Part shown: piece by piece, positions 1-9,613 of the stretch
Numbering within the stretch: position 1 is the stretch's first letter
Layout: each line of letters begins with the position of its first letter
Source of the DNA: Candidatus Hermodarchaeota archaeon
GTDB taxonomy: Archaea > Asgardarchaeota > Heimdallarchaeia > Hodarchaeales > Hodarchaeaceae
DNA length: 24,473 nt
Assembly (NCBI GenBank): GCA_048886185.1
Contig: JBHLKY010000039.1
Location: 1 to 24,473, forward strand
Direction: 5' to 3'
Made by a program: the position numbers and the translations under genes
The notes under the pieces: generated by a model
What the model saw: the letters and a program-made list of their open reading frames with translations, nothing else
Database searches by the model: none
Told to the model about the DNA's origin: nothing

Positions 1-104
1 TCGAAAGCTTCTAAACTCATGAAGCTCAAAGCTATGAGTTGAAGATTCAAAAGGAATGAAGAGAGTAAATAACACTTGTTTGAAAAGGGCTGAGAGTAAC
101 TATC

Positions 105-1928
105 TTGTATGACCAACAATTAGAGCAGATTGAACAGTTGGTGGATCAAGCCAAATATGTTAAAGCATTGAACACGATAACCAACCTTGAACAATCAGAA
201 CTGATGAACAATGAACGATTGGCTTTACAATATCTGAAAAGCACTTTGTACTTGAAGAAGGGGCAACTTAAGGAGGGAAAAAGAGTGGCAGAACATTTAC
301 TAGAAAAAAGTAGAGAAACTGGAAACCAATTACGAGAACTAGATGCTCTCATGAATATTTCTTGGGCCTTACAATGGTTAGGACAAATAAATAAGGGATT
401 ACAACTGGTTAAGAGAGGTGAGAAGCTACTAAAGATTCTTGTTCAAGAACACCAGTCAGGATTGAGAACTAGAGAGGCAGCGCTCCTCTATAGAAAAGGT
501 TCACTTCTTTTAGACCAAGGGAAGCTAAATCTCGCATTTTCTTTCTTGAAAAAAAGTATGTCTTTAAGAGAAAAGGAGGAGGACAATAAAGGTATTTCTG
601 AAACTATGATGGAAATTGGACGATACTACTTTGATAAGGGCGAACTGAACCAAGCCCAAGAATACACCCTGAAAAGCCTAGCTATCAACGAGGCAATTGG
701 CGACCAGCGAGGAATAGCTCATTCTCTAGACAATATCAGTTGGATTTATTCAAATAAAGGCGAACTTAATAAAGCTTTAAACCATTCCCAAAAAAGTCTG
801 GCTATCAGCGAAACAATCGGAGACCAACAAGGAATAGCACAATCTCTAGACACAATCGGTTTTATTTATGCAAGTAAAGGCGAGTTGGACCAAGCCTTAG
901 ATCATTTCCATAAAAGTTTGAACATCAGTGAAGCAATCGGATACCAACATGGAGTAGCTCACGCCCAAAATGGAATTGGTGTTGTAATTGGTTATAAAGG
1001 TGAACCAGCTCAAGAACTAAAACATTATCAGAAAAGTTTGACTATTTATGAAGCCATCGGAAATCCACGACGGATTAGCGTACTCCTCAACAATATCGGA
1101 TATTATTTCGGGGAGCAGGGTGATTTTCGATCTGCCACTGAATATTTTGAAAGATCTCTCACTCTTGCTAGAAAGAATGAATTTGATTTATTGATATCTG
1201 ATATTCTTTATACATCAATTCGGCTTTTTGTCAATGAGCTTCCTTCAGAGACTGTACGGAGTTATTTAGATGAGTTACGCCAAATCAATAAGCGAAATAA
1301 AGACATTCCAAGAATTAGTCAAAGGTTTCGGCTAGCTGAAGCAATCGTTCTGAAAGCCCGCGGAAGATTAACTGATAAAGTGACTGCTCCAAACCTCTTT
1401 CAACAAATCTTTCGGCAGGTAGCTGAGGAAGATGTTATATGGCTTGAGCTGACTGTGGAGGCACTGATCAACTTATGTGAATTACTCTTAGTTGAGTTAG
1501 AAATCACAGGAAATAAAAACACTCTAAATGAATTAAACAAGCTTTCAGAACAATTATTAACCATTTCCAAGGCACAAAATTCTCATTGGTACATTGCTGA
1601 AACATATCTTATCCAATCCAAATTGAAGTTACTAGAGCTAAATTTGGCTGAAGCACAGGAATTATTAACTCAAGCTCACATCATTGCTCAGGAAAAGGGA
1701 CTTCACAGGTTGGAAAGGCTCATTTCCATTGAACACGATTCATTGGTCAGCCATTTAACTACTTGGGATAAAATCATCTCCCAAAAGCTACCTATGAGTG
1801 AAATTATCAAATTGACGCAGATTGAAGAATTTTTAACACGGATAATCCATAAGAGATTGTATCAAAATGAAGAAGAAGTCCTAGACTATGCAAAAAAAGC
1901 TCGTCAGCTTGTTAAAACATGGAAATAA
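105..1928 (+). CDS. Tetratricopeptide repeat protein (40-aa TPR units plus Asgard-type C-terminal helical module)
   Basis: 607-aa ORF with TTG start. Tandem 40-aa repeats of the form KGELxxALxHxxKSLxIxExIGxQxGIAxSL, also visible as ~120-nt DNA repeats at ~610-1080. The C-terminal module (LCELLL...SKLKLLE...AQEKGL...W...LP) is shared with the ORF at 12652. Confidence 0.9.
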   Translation: MYDQQLEQIEQLVDQAKYVKALNTITNLEQSELMNNERLALQYLKSTLYLKKGQLKEGKRVAEHLLEKSRETGNQLRELDALMNISWALQWLGQINKGLQLVKRGEKLLKILVQEHQSGLRTREAALLYRKGSLLLDQGKLNLAFSFLKKSMSLREKEEDNKGISETMMEIGRYYFDKGELNQAQEYTLKSLAINEAIGDQRGIAHSLDNISWIYSNKGELNKALNHSQKSLAISETIGDQQGIAQSLDTIGFIYASKGELDQALDHFHKSLNISEAIGYQHGVAHAQNGIGVVIGYKGEPAQELKHYQKSLTIYEAIGNPRRISVLLNNIGYYFGEQGDFRSATEYFERSLTLARKNEFDLLISDILYTSIRLFVNELPSETVRSYLDELRQINKRNKDIPRISQRFRLAEAIVLKARGRLTDKVTAPNLFQQIFRQVAEEDVIWLELTVEALINLCELLLVELEITGNKNTLNELNKLSEQLLTISKAQNSHWYIAETYLIQSKLKLLELNLAEAQELLTQAHIIAQEKGLHRLERLISIEHDSLVSHLTTWDKIISQKLPMSEIIKLTQIEEFLTRIIHKRLYQNEEEVLDYAKKARQLVKTWK

Positions 1929-2432
1929 GTTTCCTTGGCAGGAGCACAGTGGAAAGTAACTACCAAACATTAGTATACCTAATATCACAGTAAAAATATT
2001 AACCCTGAATTCAGCCCACATTTGAAATGGTAGGGAAATAATGAAACCTAATAATATCTACCATTTATACTTAATGAGGAATGTCGAATAGTATTCTCCA
2101 GAAAGATATCTGTTCCCCATAAATCTTATCACACATATATTTAAGGATTGGATCTTATAAATCATTCTTTTTCGGACATCTCGAGCATACGTGGGAATCC
2201 ATCCAATTATGATTTTTCCAGATGAAAATTCCAGTCAAGGATGATATTCCTTATAGTAACAAATTAAAAATTATATATTTATGAGCTAAAAATCCTTATG
2301 TGATTGTCTTTTAAGTTTTAAGAATTAGAGAGGAAATATTGGATATTTTCTTGTTTATCTGAATAATTTTATGATGTTTTGTGATATAAAGATAATTAAT
2401 TATTAATCCATTATCTTAGAAATTGTTTCGAC

Positions 2433-2645
2433 TCAACCTTTTCGTTGTCTAGTCAAGCGAAGAAATCTTTGTTTGTAGGTCTCAGGCAAAGGTGGTATAT
2501 TTTCAGGATCGTAGATTTTTGGAAGTGGTTTTTCTCTCTTGTAAATATACTTGCATTTTGGATATGCTGCACAACCAATGAATAACCCCTTACCGCTTTT
2601 ACGTTTTCTTTTAACTAATGCATGTCCCCAAGGACATACATGACA
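2433..2645 (-). pseudogene. Topoisomerase-type (zf-C4_Topoisom-like) zinc-ribbon small protein lacking an in-frame start
   Basis: Hand translation gives CHVCPWGHALVKRKRKSGKGLFIGCAAYPKCKYIYKREKPLPKIYDPENIPPLPETYKQRFLRLTRQRKG*. LVKR...G.FIGC..YPKC.Y is the topoisomerase Zn-ribbon signature. An in-frame TGA lies at 2646-2648, and an ATG overlaps the 5' end one base out of frame. Confidence 0.7.
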
Positions 2646-2789
2646 TCAGAACCTATAAATACCAATTGACTTTAAAAAGAATTTTAAGATCCTTGTCAAA
2701 AGATGTTTATTTAATGAAATAATATGTAAAGCTTTGAGGAAAAAACCCTGTCTCAAATACTCTAGCAGAAATGCAAAAAGGAATTCATT

Positions 2790-3647
2790 ATGCCTCGGAA
2801 GTGGAATGATTTAACCGATGATTCAATTGAGAAGCTTAAAGCTGCAAAGCCATTAGCAGAAGTGATCCGAGCTAAGTCCAAACCAGTCACACCAGACGAA
2901 CTTCATCGTGTCTTACTAATCCTTATTAATATGAGAGAAGAAACACCAATATTTATTTCACAGATCTCAGAACTTACTGGCATTGCTAGAATTAAACCCA
3001 TTCTAGATCATTTGCTTGAAAAAGACTTGATTGAGGGAGAATTCTTATCTGTCGCAGTTAGGGATGATGTCTTTATTAAAAAGCAAAGGAAAGGGATGGA
3101 AAAGGAAAATTTGTATACAGAGCACGATGAACAAAACAAGATAATGATCGATTTGCTGAATAGAAAAGCTATACTCATCTCCGCAATCAGGGCGGCTTTT
3201 GAATGCACAGAAATCGATATACCTTCCAGAATAAAATCTTTACTTAAAAACCCCCAAAAAAACCTCCTCACTTTGAGAAATGGCCTATTTCTCATAGAGA
3301 TGCAGAGCCCGAAATTCATATGCCAATTATGTTTAGGAGAAATTTCTGCTAAAACGTATTTTCAGTGTGTGACATGTAAACGGTATACTTGCACTACACA
3401 TTATGTTGAGAGCCAAAAGGTGGGTTATGATAAGTGCACTACATGTGGAAATAAGATGATTTTCTTTCCCTTTATGTGTGAGGGGTGTCAGCTTGACTTC
3501 TCTTCAGTAGATGAGATTAAGGGGAAAAACTGCCCTCTGTGCGGTTTTTTTCTCCCAGACCAGAAGAAACTCATTTCAACCAACATCAAAACGGTTCCTT
3601 CAAGTCAAATGGATCCGTCTCAAGATTTCACTGATGTTAAGAAATAG
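2790..3647 (+). CDS. Winged-helix (PCI-like) domain plus C-terminal RING-like and Zn-ribbon multi-cysteine protein
   Basis: 285 aa. N-terminal ISQISELTGIARIKPILDHLLEKDLIEGEF is wHTH-like. The C-terminus has CQLC-x11-CVTC-x4-CTTH-x11-CTTC followed by CEGC...CPLC. Confidence 0.75.
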   Translation: MPRKWNDLTDDSIEKLKAAKPLAEVIRAKSKPVTPDELHRVLLILINMREETPIFISQISELTGIARIKPILDHLLEKDLIEGEFLSVAVRDDVFIKKQRKGMEKENLYTEHDEQNKIMIDLLNRKAILISAIRAAFECTEIDIPSRIKSLLKNPQKNLLTLRNGLFLIEMQSPKFICQLCLGEISAKTYFQCVTCKRYTCTTHYVESQKVGYDKCTTCGNKMIFFPFMCEGCQLDFSSVDEIKGKNCPLCGFFLPDQKKLISTNIKTVPSSQMDPSQDFTDVKK

Positions 3648-3967
3648 AATACAAAATTAGAATATAAAATTACGAAATCTCCCTTAGGAAGATGTATTGA
3701 GATGCACTTCCCTCTCCTTGAAAAACCCATGAATGTTAAATTACCTTTCTAGCAATGAGTATTCCTGAACCACTCTGTCAAAAAGGTTTGATTTTTCAGA
3801 AAAACTTAGTACTTTTTTCTGAAAAGAGTTAAGGAGTTAAAGGAATTTATTAGTCCGATTTTGAAATAATAAAAAAATGGTACAGATAGATTGCGTAAGG
3901 ACAATCACATTAGTAAGCAAAAACGTAAAATTTATAATCCAATGGTTCAAAAAATTAAAAATATTGC

Positions 3968-5437
3968 TTAATCAACTGGTTGTTGTTTCACTAAATCGAG
4001 TGCCTCCTGTAAATAATCCCGAAATTCTGCATAATCAACAGGTTCTTTCATATCAGATCCGCGATAATGTGTCTTCTGCATCAGTAGTGCCAACTCCTTC
4101 TCAATCTTCTGTTCTAGGTTTTTGAGTTGTAACTCTTTCATTTGTTCCATTGTATGTTTCAATATTTCAAGTGCTTTTGCACCATTATTTTTTAGATAGT
4201 ATGTATATTTCGCTAATAATATTTGCTGTGAAGTATATCCAAATACCGCTTTGGGGTCTCTAAGTAATGGATACTCCCCTAAACGATTCATTATTGTTTC
4301 TATCTCTTTTACTATTCTTTCATCTTCAGTAATCGCAACATTCTCGAATAAAAGATCCATTAAATGTATTGCAACTTCTCTATGATAAAGTGATTCACTT
4401 TCTACCTCCATTAGCTGCTTAAATATTTCTATTGCTTGTGCTTTTTCCTTAAATGACCCGTGTTTCAGAAGTAATGCGTTATCATGTTTTATAAGAAACA
4501 TGGACAAACTATCCTCGTATAATTTATCTCTGAGATCCTCCATTTTCAGCAGCTGTTCTCCCGCTTTCTTCAAAAACAGTCTGTTGTTTTCCATCCTAAA
4601 CCTTTCATAATAATATATAAATAGACTATTATACCCTAAAAATATCATTGAAGGTTGATCTGTTTGAATCTTATATTGCAAACTCTCCTGATGAGATGCT
4701 AGTGCTTCTTTATATTTTCCTTCTTGAAAAAAACAGTACGCTATGTTATCCAATGCTTTAATAATCTCGTTCTCTTGGTTATACTTTTTTGCTGTTACTA
4801 ATCCTTGATTACTGTACTCATGTGCCTTTTGAATATCTCCTTTTAAACTATAAAACCGCGCAAGCGAAATAAGGTTGAATGGTAGATACCTACTATTATA
4901 TTTCTTCCCCACCTCCATTCCTTGTAGGAAGTACTCTTCCGCTTGATCCAGCTTGCCGATTTGTATATACCAATATGCCACACCAAAGTTTAATGATTGA
5001 ACAATGTCCTCTCCATCATCTGGGATTTTCGCGAAGGATTTTCTTCCTTTTTCTATATAAGTAATATTCCGTTCTATCTCCTCTTTTGTCGTTCCTCCTC
5101 GAAAACCCAAGTAATTCATATAATAAATCCCTTCAATCATGTATTTTTCCCATGTGTTTTCTAACTCTAATTTTAAGAATGAATTCTCTGCTAATGCCGC
5201 ATACTTCTTGCTTAATTCTTGATTGTGCCGTATTTGACTGTAGTACAACCGATATGAAAGGTAGAGTATACATAGAAGATATTCATCTTTGAGTTCTGCA
5301 ATTCTCTCCTCTACATCAACCATTATACTAAGGAATTTCTCAATGTTATATTTGGAATAAAGATAGTATTCTGCAATCCAAATCCTTGCAAACGTAATAT
5401 CTCTTGGATCATCTAAAGCATCGGTCATTTCTTCCAT
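3968..5437 (-). CDS. Tetratricopeptide repeat protein
   Basis: 489 aa. TPR-like units (GKLDQAEEYF, KGDIQKAHEYS, EGKYKEALASH) and a C-terminal helical module (LLLKHGSFKEKAQAIEIF...DYLQEAL) related to the other two TPR genes. Confidence 0.85.
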   Translation of the reverse strand: MEEMTDALDDPRDITFARIWIAEYYLYSKYNIEKFLSIMVDVEERIAELKDEYLLCILYLSYRLYYSQIRHNQELSKKYAALAENSFLKLELENTWEKYMIEGIYYMNYLGFRGGTTKEEIERNITYIEKGRKSFAKIPDDGEDIVQSLNFGVAYWYIQIGKLDQAEEYFLQGMEVGKKYNSRYLPFNLISLARFYSLKGDIQKAHEYSNQGLVTAKKYNQENEIIKALDNIAYCFFQEGKYKEALASHQESLQYKIQTDQPSMIFLGYNSLFIYYYERFRMENNRLFLKKAGEQLLKMEDLRDKLYEDSLSMFLIKHDNALLLKHGSFKEKAQAIEIFKQLMEVESESLYHREVAIHLMDLLFENVAITEDERIVKEIETIMNRLGEYPLLRDPKAVFGYTSQQILLAKYTYYLKNNGAKALEILKHTMEQMKELQLKNLEQKIEKELALLMQKTHYRGSDMKEPVDYAEFRDYLQEALDLVKQQPVD

Positions 5438-5919
5438 TTTATTTATATCTCCCTCTATTACATAACAACTAAAGATTTCCTTTGCTTTTTGTGAAATGGG
5501 AGACAGTATTCATTCCTCCGTAGCTCATTCCTAATGATTAGACAATATATTTCTAGCTCCTTAATGTTCTTAACTTGTCTTTATTTTTTTCAAAGATTAT
5601 AAATCTATGTGTTAGACTATGTTATCGTCTCCTCTCTGTTATAGCTTTAAGTTGTATCAATTATGATCTTTCACTCCTGTAAATTTCGATACAGAATTAA
5701 TGAAAAAATTCGGGTTTAAGTGCTTCTAGAATGAAATTACGCAGAAAGACTCCTTGTGGTGTTCCCACGAACGGGCATCTATCTCGTATAAAGAAGGAGG
5801 GATAATATCTAAAAATATCTATTACATATCGATTTTTTCTAAGGAGGGGAAGGAATATCAAGTAGGTTAACTAAATGTTTATTAATGTCAAGATTTTTGT
5901 TATCTTCTTCGCTTTTATT

Positions 5920-6180
5920 TCATTCAGATCCTTTATGGGGAAAAAAGAGTACTGAAAGAATGATTAAACAAACTGACCAAATACTCCAAAGAATAGTTTC
6001 AACTGCCTTGATAATATCAGTACCGTTAACAGTTGTATATCCCCTTTCATTAATACTCTCATTTAGAAGGTTAAAAGAGCTAAAACTGAAGAGAAATGAT
6101 AGAAGAGCTGCCCAAAGTATAATTCCAATTATAACATAACGAATAGATGATGGATTGGTAAAATTTGATTTATTTACCAT
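5920..6180 (-). CDS. Small membrane protein, two predicted TM helices
   Basis: The ORF track starts at 6204, but GAGGT (SD-like) lies just upstream of the ATG at 6180, giving 86 aa. Hydrophobic stretches are YVIIGIILWAALLSFLFSF and ILWSIWSVCLIILSVLFF. Confidence 0.7.
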   Translation of the reverse strand: MVNKSNFTNPSSIRYVIIGIILWAALLSFLFSFSSFNLLNESINERGYTTVNGTDIIKAVETILWSIWSVCLIILSVLFFPHKGSE

Positions 6181-6295
6181 TCTGTTTACCTCTTTCTCGA
6201 GCATTTGTTAAAGCTCGTGTTGACTGGCCTTAGATGAGAATAAAGGTTATATAAAGATATTAGTACATATGACTAATGATATCTGACATTAGTCA

Positions 6296-6550
6296 ATGCA
6301 TAAAGCCAGGAAAAAGAGTGAAACACTCCCTCCTCACCCTAATCACCGATTGGGGGAACTATTTGGAATAGATCTGTTCGACTTCGGGTTGGGACAAGAC
6401 ATAGAGGGACTAACAATAACAAAAGCAAAAGCTGGAAAAATCACAAGACTCTTTTACAAAATTATGAGAGCAGAGAATCAATTTGAAGAAATGGAGAAAA
6501 GGCAAGCCAAGGAGGAACCCTTGTACCAGGCTTATCTTAAGACCTTATAA
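6296..6550 (+). CDS. Hypothetical 84-aa ORF, possibly spurious or a mobile-element remnant
   Basis: Open frame with no recognisable motif. It contains the 41-bp repeat whose second copy (14490) is not in an ORF. Confidence 0.3.
   Translation: MHKARKKSETLPPHPNHRLGELFGIDLFDFGLGQDIEGLTITKAKAGKITRLFYKIMRAENQFEEMEKRQAKEEPLYQAYLKTL
6368..6408 (+). repeat. 41-bp direct repeat, copy 1
   Basis: ATAGATCTGTTCGACTTCGGGTTGGGACAAGACATAGAGGG, 39/41 identical to 14490-14530. Confidence 0.95.
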
Positions 6551-6672
6551 ATTTAGCACTGACAAATATTAGAAATCTCTTATGTTAATTGATTTGATGT
6601 TATTTAATGTCATTCCAGTCATTACTGAATTCGACCCACGACTTTAATTGTTTGATGTACCTTTTAATTTTT

Positions 6673-8148
6673 TTAAAGTTTTTCTGGAGAAAAATCAAAG
6701 AGTTTTCCGATCTTCCTAAATCTTGATCGTTCATAATTAAACCAAAGATCGTCTTTGAGATCTTCAAAGAATACTATAAATTTAGCCCCTCCTGGATTTC
6801 TGGTGTAAAATTCCATAGGTGTCAGGGTGTTCTTCTCATTAGGAAAAAACACTGTAGGAGGGATAGCAAATTCATGTTTGTCAATACTTTGAACCATTAT
6901 TGATGCAAATTCTCCAGAGATTTTTATCCTTCCAGTTTCATTAAATCCTTCATAAATGCCATTCAATCTCTGGAAATGTTTGCGTTCAACAAGAAAATGG
7001 ATTTTTTCCTCAGGAGTACCCGCTATCATGGCTAGAATTGACCCTATTATTGGTCTTGGACCAAGCAAATTATTAGCTAAGGCTATTATTCCAATGTTTA
7101 ATGAAGGTATAAAACTAAAATCAGCTGTTCCACCGAACATATTTCCTCCATGTCCTACCATATAATGTCCATAGAAATCTGAATTTGTAAAAAATCCATA
7201 CCCATAACCCATTGATTTTTGAGGAACATTATTGGAAAGGACTTTTTCAGCCATTGTACCAGGTTTAATAGAATTCTTTTGCATCTCATTAGAAGAAGCT
7301 TTACTAATTATTGTTACATCTTTATAAGTTCCTCCATCAATATGCATCATCATGTAAACCGCCATGTCCTTTACACAGGAGTAAATCCCACCTGCTGCCA
7401 TAAATTCCCATCTGTTCTCAAAAATTCCTATTTTCCTAGTGTTGCCTCCTTTATCTTTTGGATTCACATGATATCCTTGGGCAAGGTTTTCATTATCCTT
7501 TAACTCTTCAGGAAAAAAAGTGGTAGATGTCATCTGCAGTGGTAGAAAAATCCTTTCTTTAATGAACTCTCTATAATCCTCTCCAGTAACCTTTGTGATA
7601 ATCATTCCAAGCATAGCATATGCATAATTATTATAATGGAAATATTCATCGATTTCATGAGAAAATTCCCTACTATTGTTAATAACTCTAAAGAAATCAC
7701 CTTCAGATGACATAGGAACTAGTTTTGCATTAGCAGGAATTATTAATTCCTCTTTGGCCATATTATACGAAAAAGTGTCATTACTAAGATCTGGGATTCC
7801 CGATGTATGATTCATAAGATGTTTAATTGTTATCGGATTACTGTCTGTTCCAAGTTCTAAAGGAATATAATTCTTCACAGGATCCGTAACTTTCAGTTTT
7901 CCCTCATCCACCAGTATCATTATTGCAGTACAAATAAATGATTTAGTGGTTGAAGCTATGTTATAAATGGTGTTTTCATCCGCAGGGAGGTTTTTATCTA
8001 GATTTTTTGCCCCAAAACCTTGTTTGTAAGCTATTTTACCATGTTTAATGATAGCAAAAGATAAGCCACTAATCTTCATCTTTGCCATTTCATCAGCAAT
8101 TAGTCTATCCAACTTGTCGATAATAGATTTATTTAATTCTAAAACCAT
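6673..8148 (-). CDS. Serine hydrolase, class C beta-lactamase/esterase (AmpC/EstB-like) fold
   Basis: Catalytic SxxK (ASTTKSF), YxN (HYNNYAY), LMNHTSGI and HGG (VGHGGN) motifs. AGGAGG SD upstream. No signal peptide. Confidence 0.92.
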   Translation of the reverse strand: MVLELNKSIIDKLDRLIADEMAKMKISGLSFAIIKHGKIAYKQGFGAKNLDKNLPADENTIYNIASTTKSFICTAIMILVDEGKLKVTDPVKNYIPLELGTDSNPITIKHLMNHTSGIPDLSNDTFSYNMAKEELIIPANAKLVPMSSEGDFFRVINNSREFSHEIDEYFHYNNYAYAMLGMIITKVTGEDYREFIKERIFLPLQMTSTTFFPEELKDNENLAQGYHVNPKDKGGNTRKIGIFENRWEFMAAGGIYSCVKDMAVYMMMHIDGGTYKDVTIISKASSNEMQKNSIKPGTMAEKVLSNNVPQKSMGYGYGFFTNSDFYGHYMVGHGGNMFGGTADFSFIPSLNIGIIALANNLLGPRPIIGSILAMIAGTPEEKIHFLVERKHFQRLNGIYEGFNETGRIKISGEFASIMVQSIDKHEFAIPPTVFFPNEKNTLTPMEFYTRNPGGAKFIVFFEDLKDDLWFNYERSRFRKIGKLFDFSPEKL

Positions 8149-8421
8149 ATACTTTTCCTCCTACTAGTAGAGAATTGTTATTTAATAATAATTATTAAAG
8201 TTACTGCCAGTGAATTAACTATATTATTTTCTAATTCCTATTATATATCTTGGAAGGAAATTCTAAACTCGAAATTAATCTGTTGCCAACCAACTTGAAA
8301 TTTTGCTTCAATTTCGACCAACTTATGAGTTTCTTTCAGATAATCAGGAACCACGCCTAATTAGGAATTTTTACATCGGTTATTACATATCTGTTTTAGA
8401 ATAATTGAGAATCTGACTATG

Positions 8422-9261
8422 CTAAACATGTTTTTCTAACCAGTCAGTAAGATCCTTCAACACCATTATTCGATCGTTTTCTAGCTCGTTGTAGACCTCG
8501 TGGTAAAGCCCATCATAGATATTAATCTCCTTATCTTCCATTTTAAAAACATTTATTAGATCTTCCTTGAAATCTTTAACCTTCATCAATCTATCTTCAG
8601 AGCCACACTGTACTAGTAGTGGAAGTGTAAAATTTTTGTAAACATCCACCAATCCATCAATATATCTTGTTATTTCTCCAGCAAGTCTGATAGTTATTTT
8701 TTCTGCATGAACATAGGGATCTTCTTGATATGCCTTTACGACTTCAGGATCGCGACTAAGCACGTTTGGATCTACATTTGGATTAATTGTAAGTTTTGGA
8801 GTTATTTTGGACAATATTTTCATCATCATTTTCAAGAGTTTGGGAAAAGCAGCTGAGCTTGTAGTAGTTCCCGAAAGAATTAATCCAGCCAATAGCTCTT
8901 CATATTTTTGGGCAAAATAAGCTGCAATTATAGCCCCCATTGAATGTCCAAGCATAAAGATTGGCAAATTTGGATATATTTCCTTTATAATGTCATATAC
9001 TTTTTTTTCGTCTTCAATAAATTGATCAAATGAATCAACATAATTACGGGTTCCTTCAGATTTTCCATGCCCTCTGTGATCATCGGCATAGACAGTGTAA
9101 TTGAGCGGGATTAACTCATTTACTACGTTTAGATATCTCCCACTATGTTCAAATCCTCCGTGAACAATTTGAACCACGGCTTTTGGATTATCTGGTAACC
9201 ATGCTTGATAATAAATCTTTAATCCGTTCGCTCCTTCAAATTCTCCTTCTTGGTGATTCAT
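8422..9261 (-). CDS. Alpha/beta hydrolase, lysophospholipase/monoacylglycerol lipase family (Hydrolase_4-like)
   Basis: GHSMG nucleophile elbow, DHRGHGKSEG, acid in GSEDRL and catalytic His in YHEVYNE. Confidence 0.95.
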   Translation of the reverse strand: MNHQEGEFEGANGLKIYYQAWLPDNPKAVVQIVHGGFEHSGRYLNVVNELIPLNYTVYADDHRGHGKSEGTRNYVDSFDQFIEDEKKVYDIIKEIYPNLPIFMLGHSMGAIIAAYFAQKYEELLAGLILSGTTTSSAAFPKLLKMMMKILSKITPKLTINPNVDPNVLSRDPEVVKAYQEDPYVHAEKITIRLAGEITRYIDGLVDVYKNFTLPLLVQCGSEDRLMKVKDFKEDLINVFKMEDKEINIYDGLYHEVYNELENDRIMVLKDLTDWLEKHV

Positions 9262-9613
9262 TTTGAAATCCCATCCTATATTTAGATAAAATAAATAGTG
9301 ATAGTTCTCATTGCCTTAGAACTCAAAACTTTAAAAGGTAATCGTGGCTTGAAATAACAATGTTCTCTCAGAAACTTGAGAGAAATTTAGTAGATTTGGA
9401 AATGAGATTACATCTTTAATCCCACCCATTCATGATGTAGGCCAAACTTTGAAGAAGTATTTTTATGATCTCATGTAAGAGTCAACGAGATTTTAACTTT
9501 AAGGAATTCCCTTCTGTAATTATAAAAAAAGATTCAGAAACAGGAATAAGTTTTGGAAGACCAGAAAATCCCGAGGTTGATATTGCACAAGTTATATATA
9601 ACCAATGCTTCTG

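Noticed and set aside
14-40. Imperfect inverted repeat AACTCAT...ATGAGTT at the window start, similar to the core of the 22951 repeat
   Set aside because: Only a 7-bp arm, and the context is cut by the window edge.
610-1080. ~120-nt DNA periodicity considered as a CRISPR or tandem array
   Set aside because: Fully explained by in-frame 40-aa TPR repeats; no unique spacers or constant repeat.
1990-2240. Start-less minus-strand open frames and a 9-bp inverted repeat (2025-2033/2058-2066) in the long intergenic gap
   Set aside because: No recognisable motif; compatible with chance.
5536-5547. 12-mer GATTAGACAATA also present on the minus strand at 11449-11460
   Set aside because: 12-bp matches are expected by chance in 24 kb of AT-rich DNA.
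6673-8148. Calling the serine hydrolase or the MBL-fold gene (21789) an antibiotic-resistance beta-lactamase
   Set aside because: Both folds are mostly esterases, peptidases or other hydrolases. Neither has a signal peptide, so fold alone does not support the claim.
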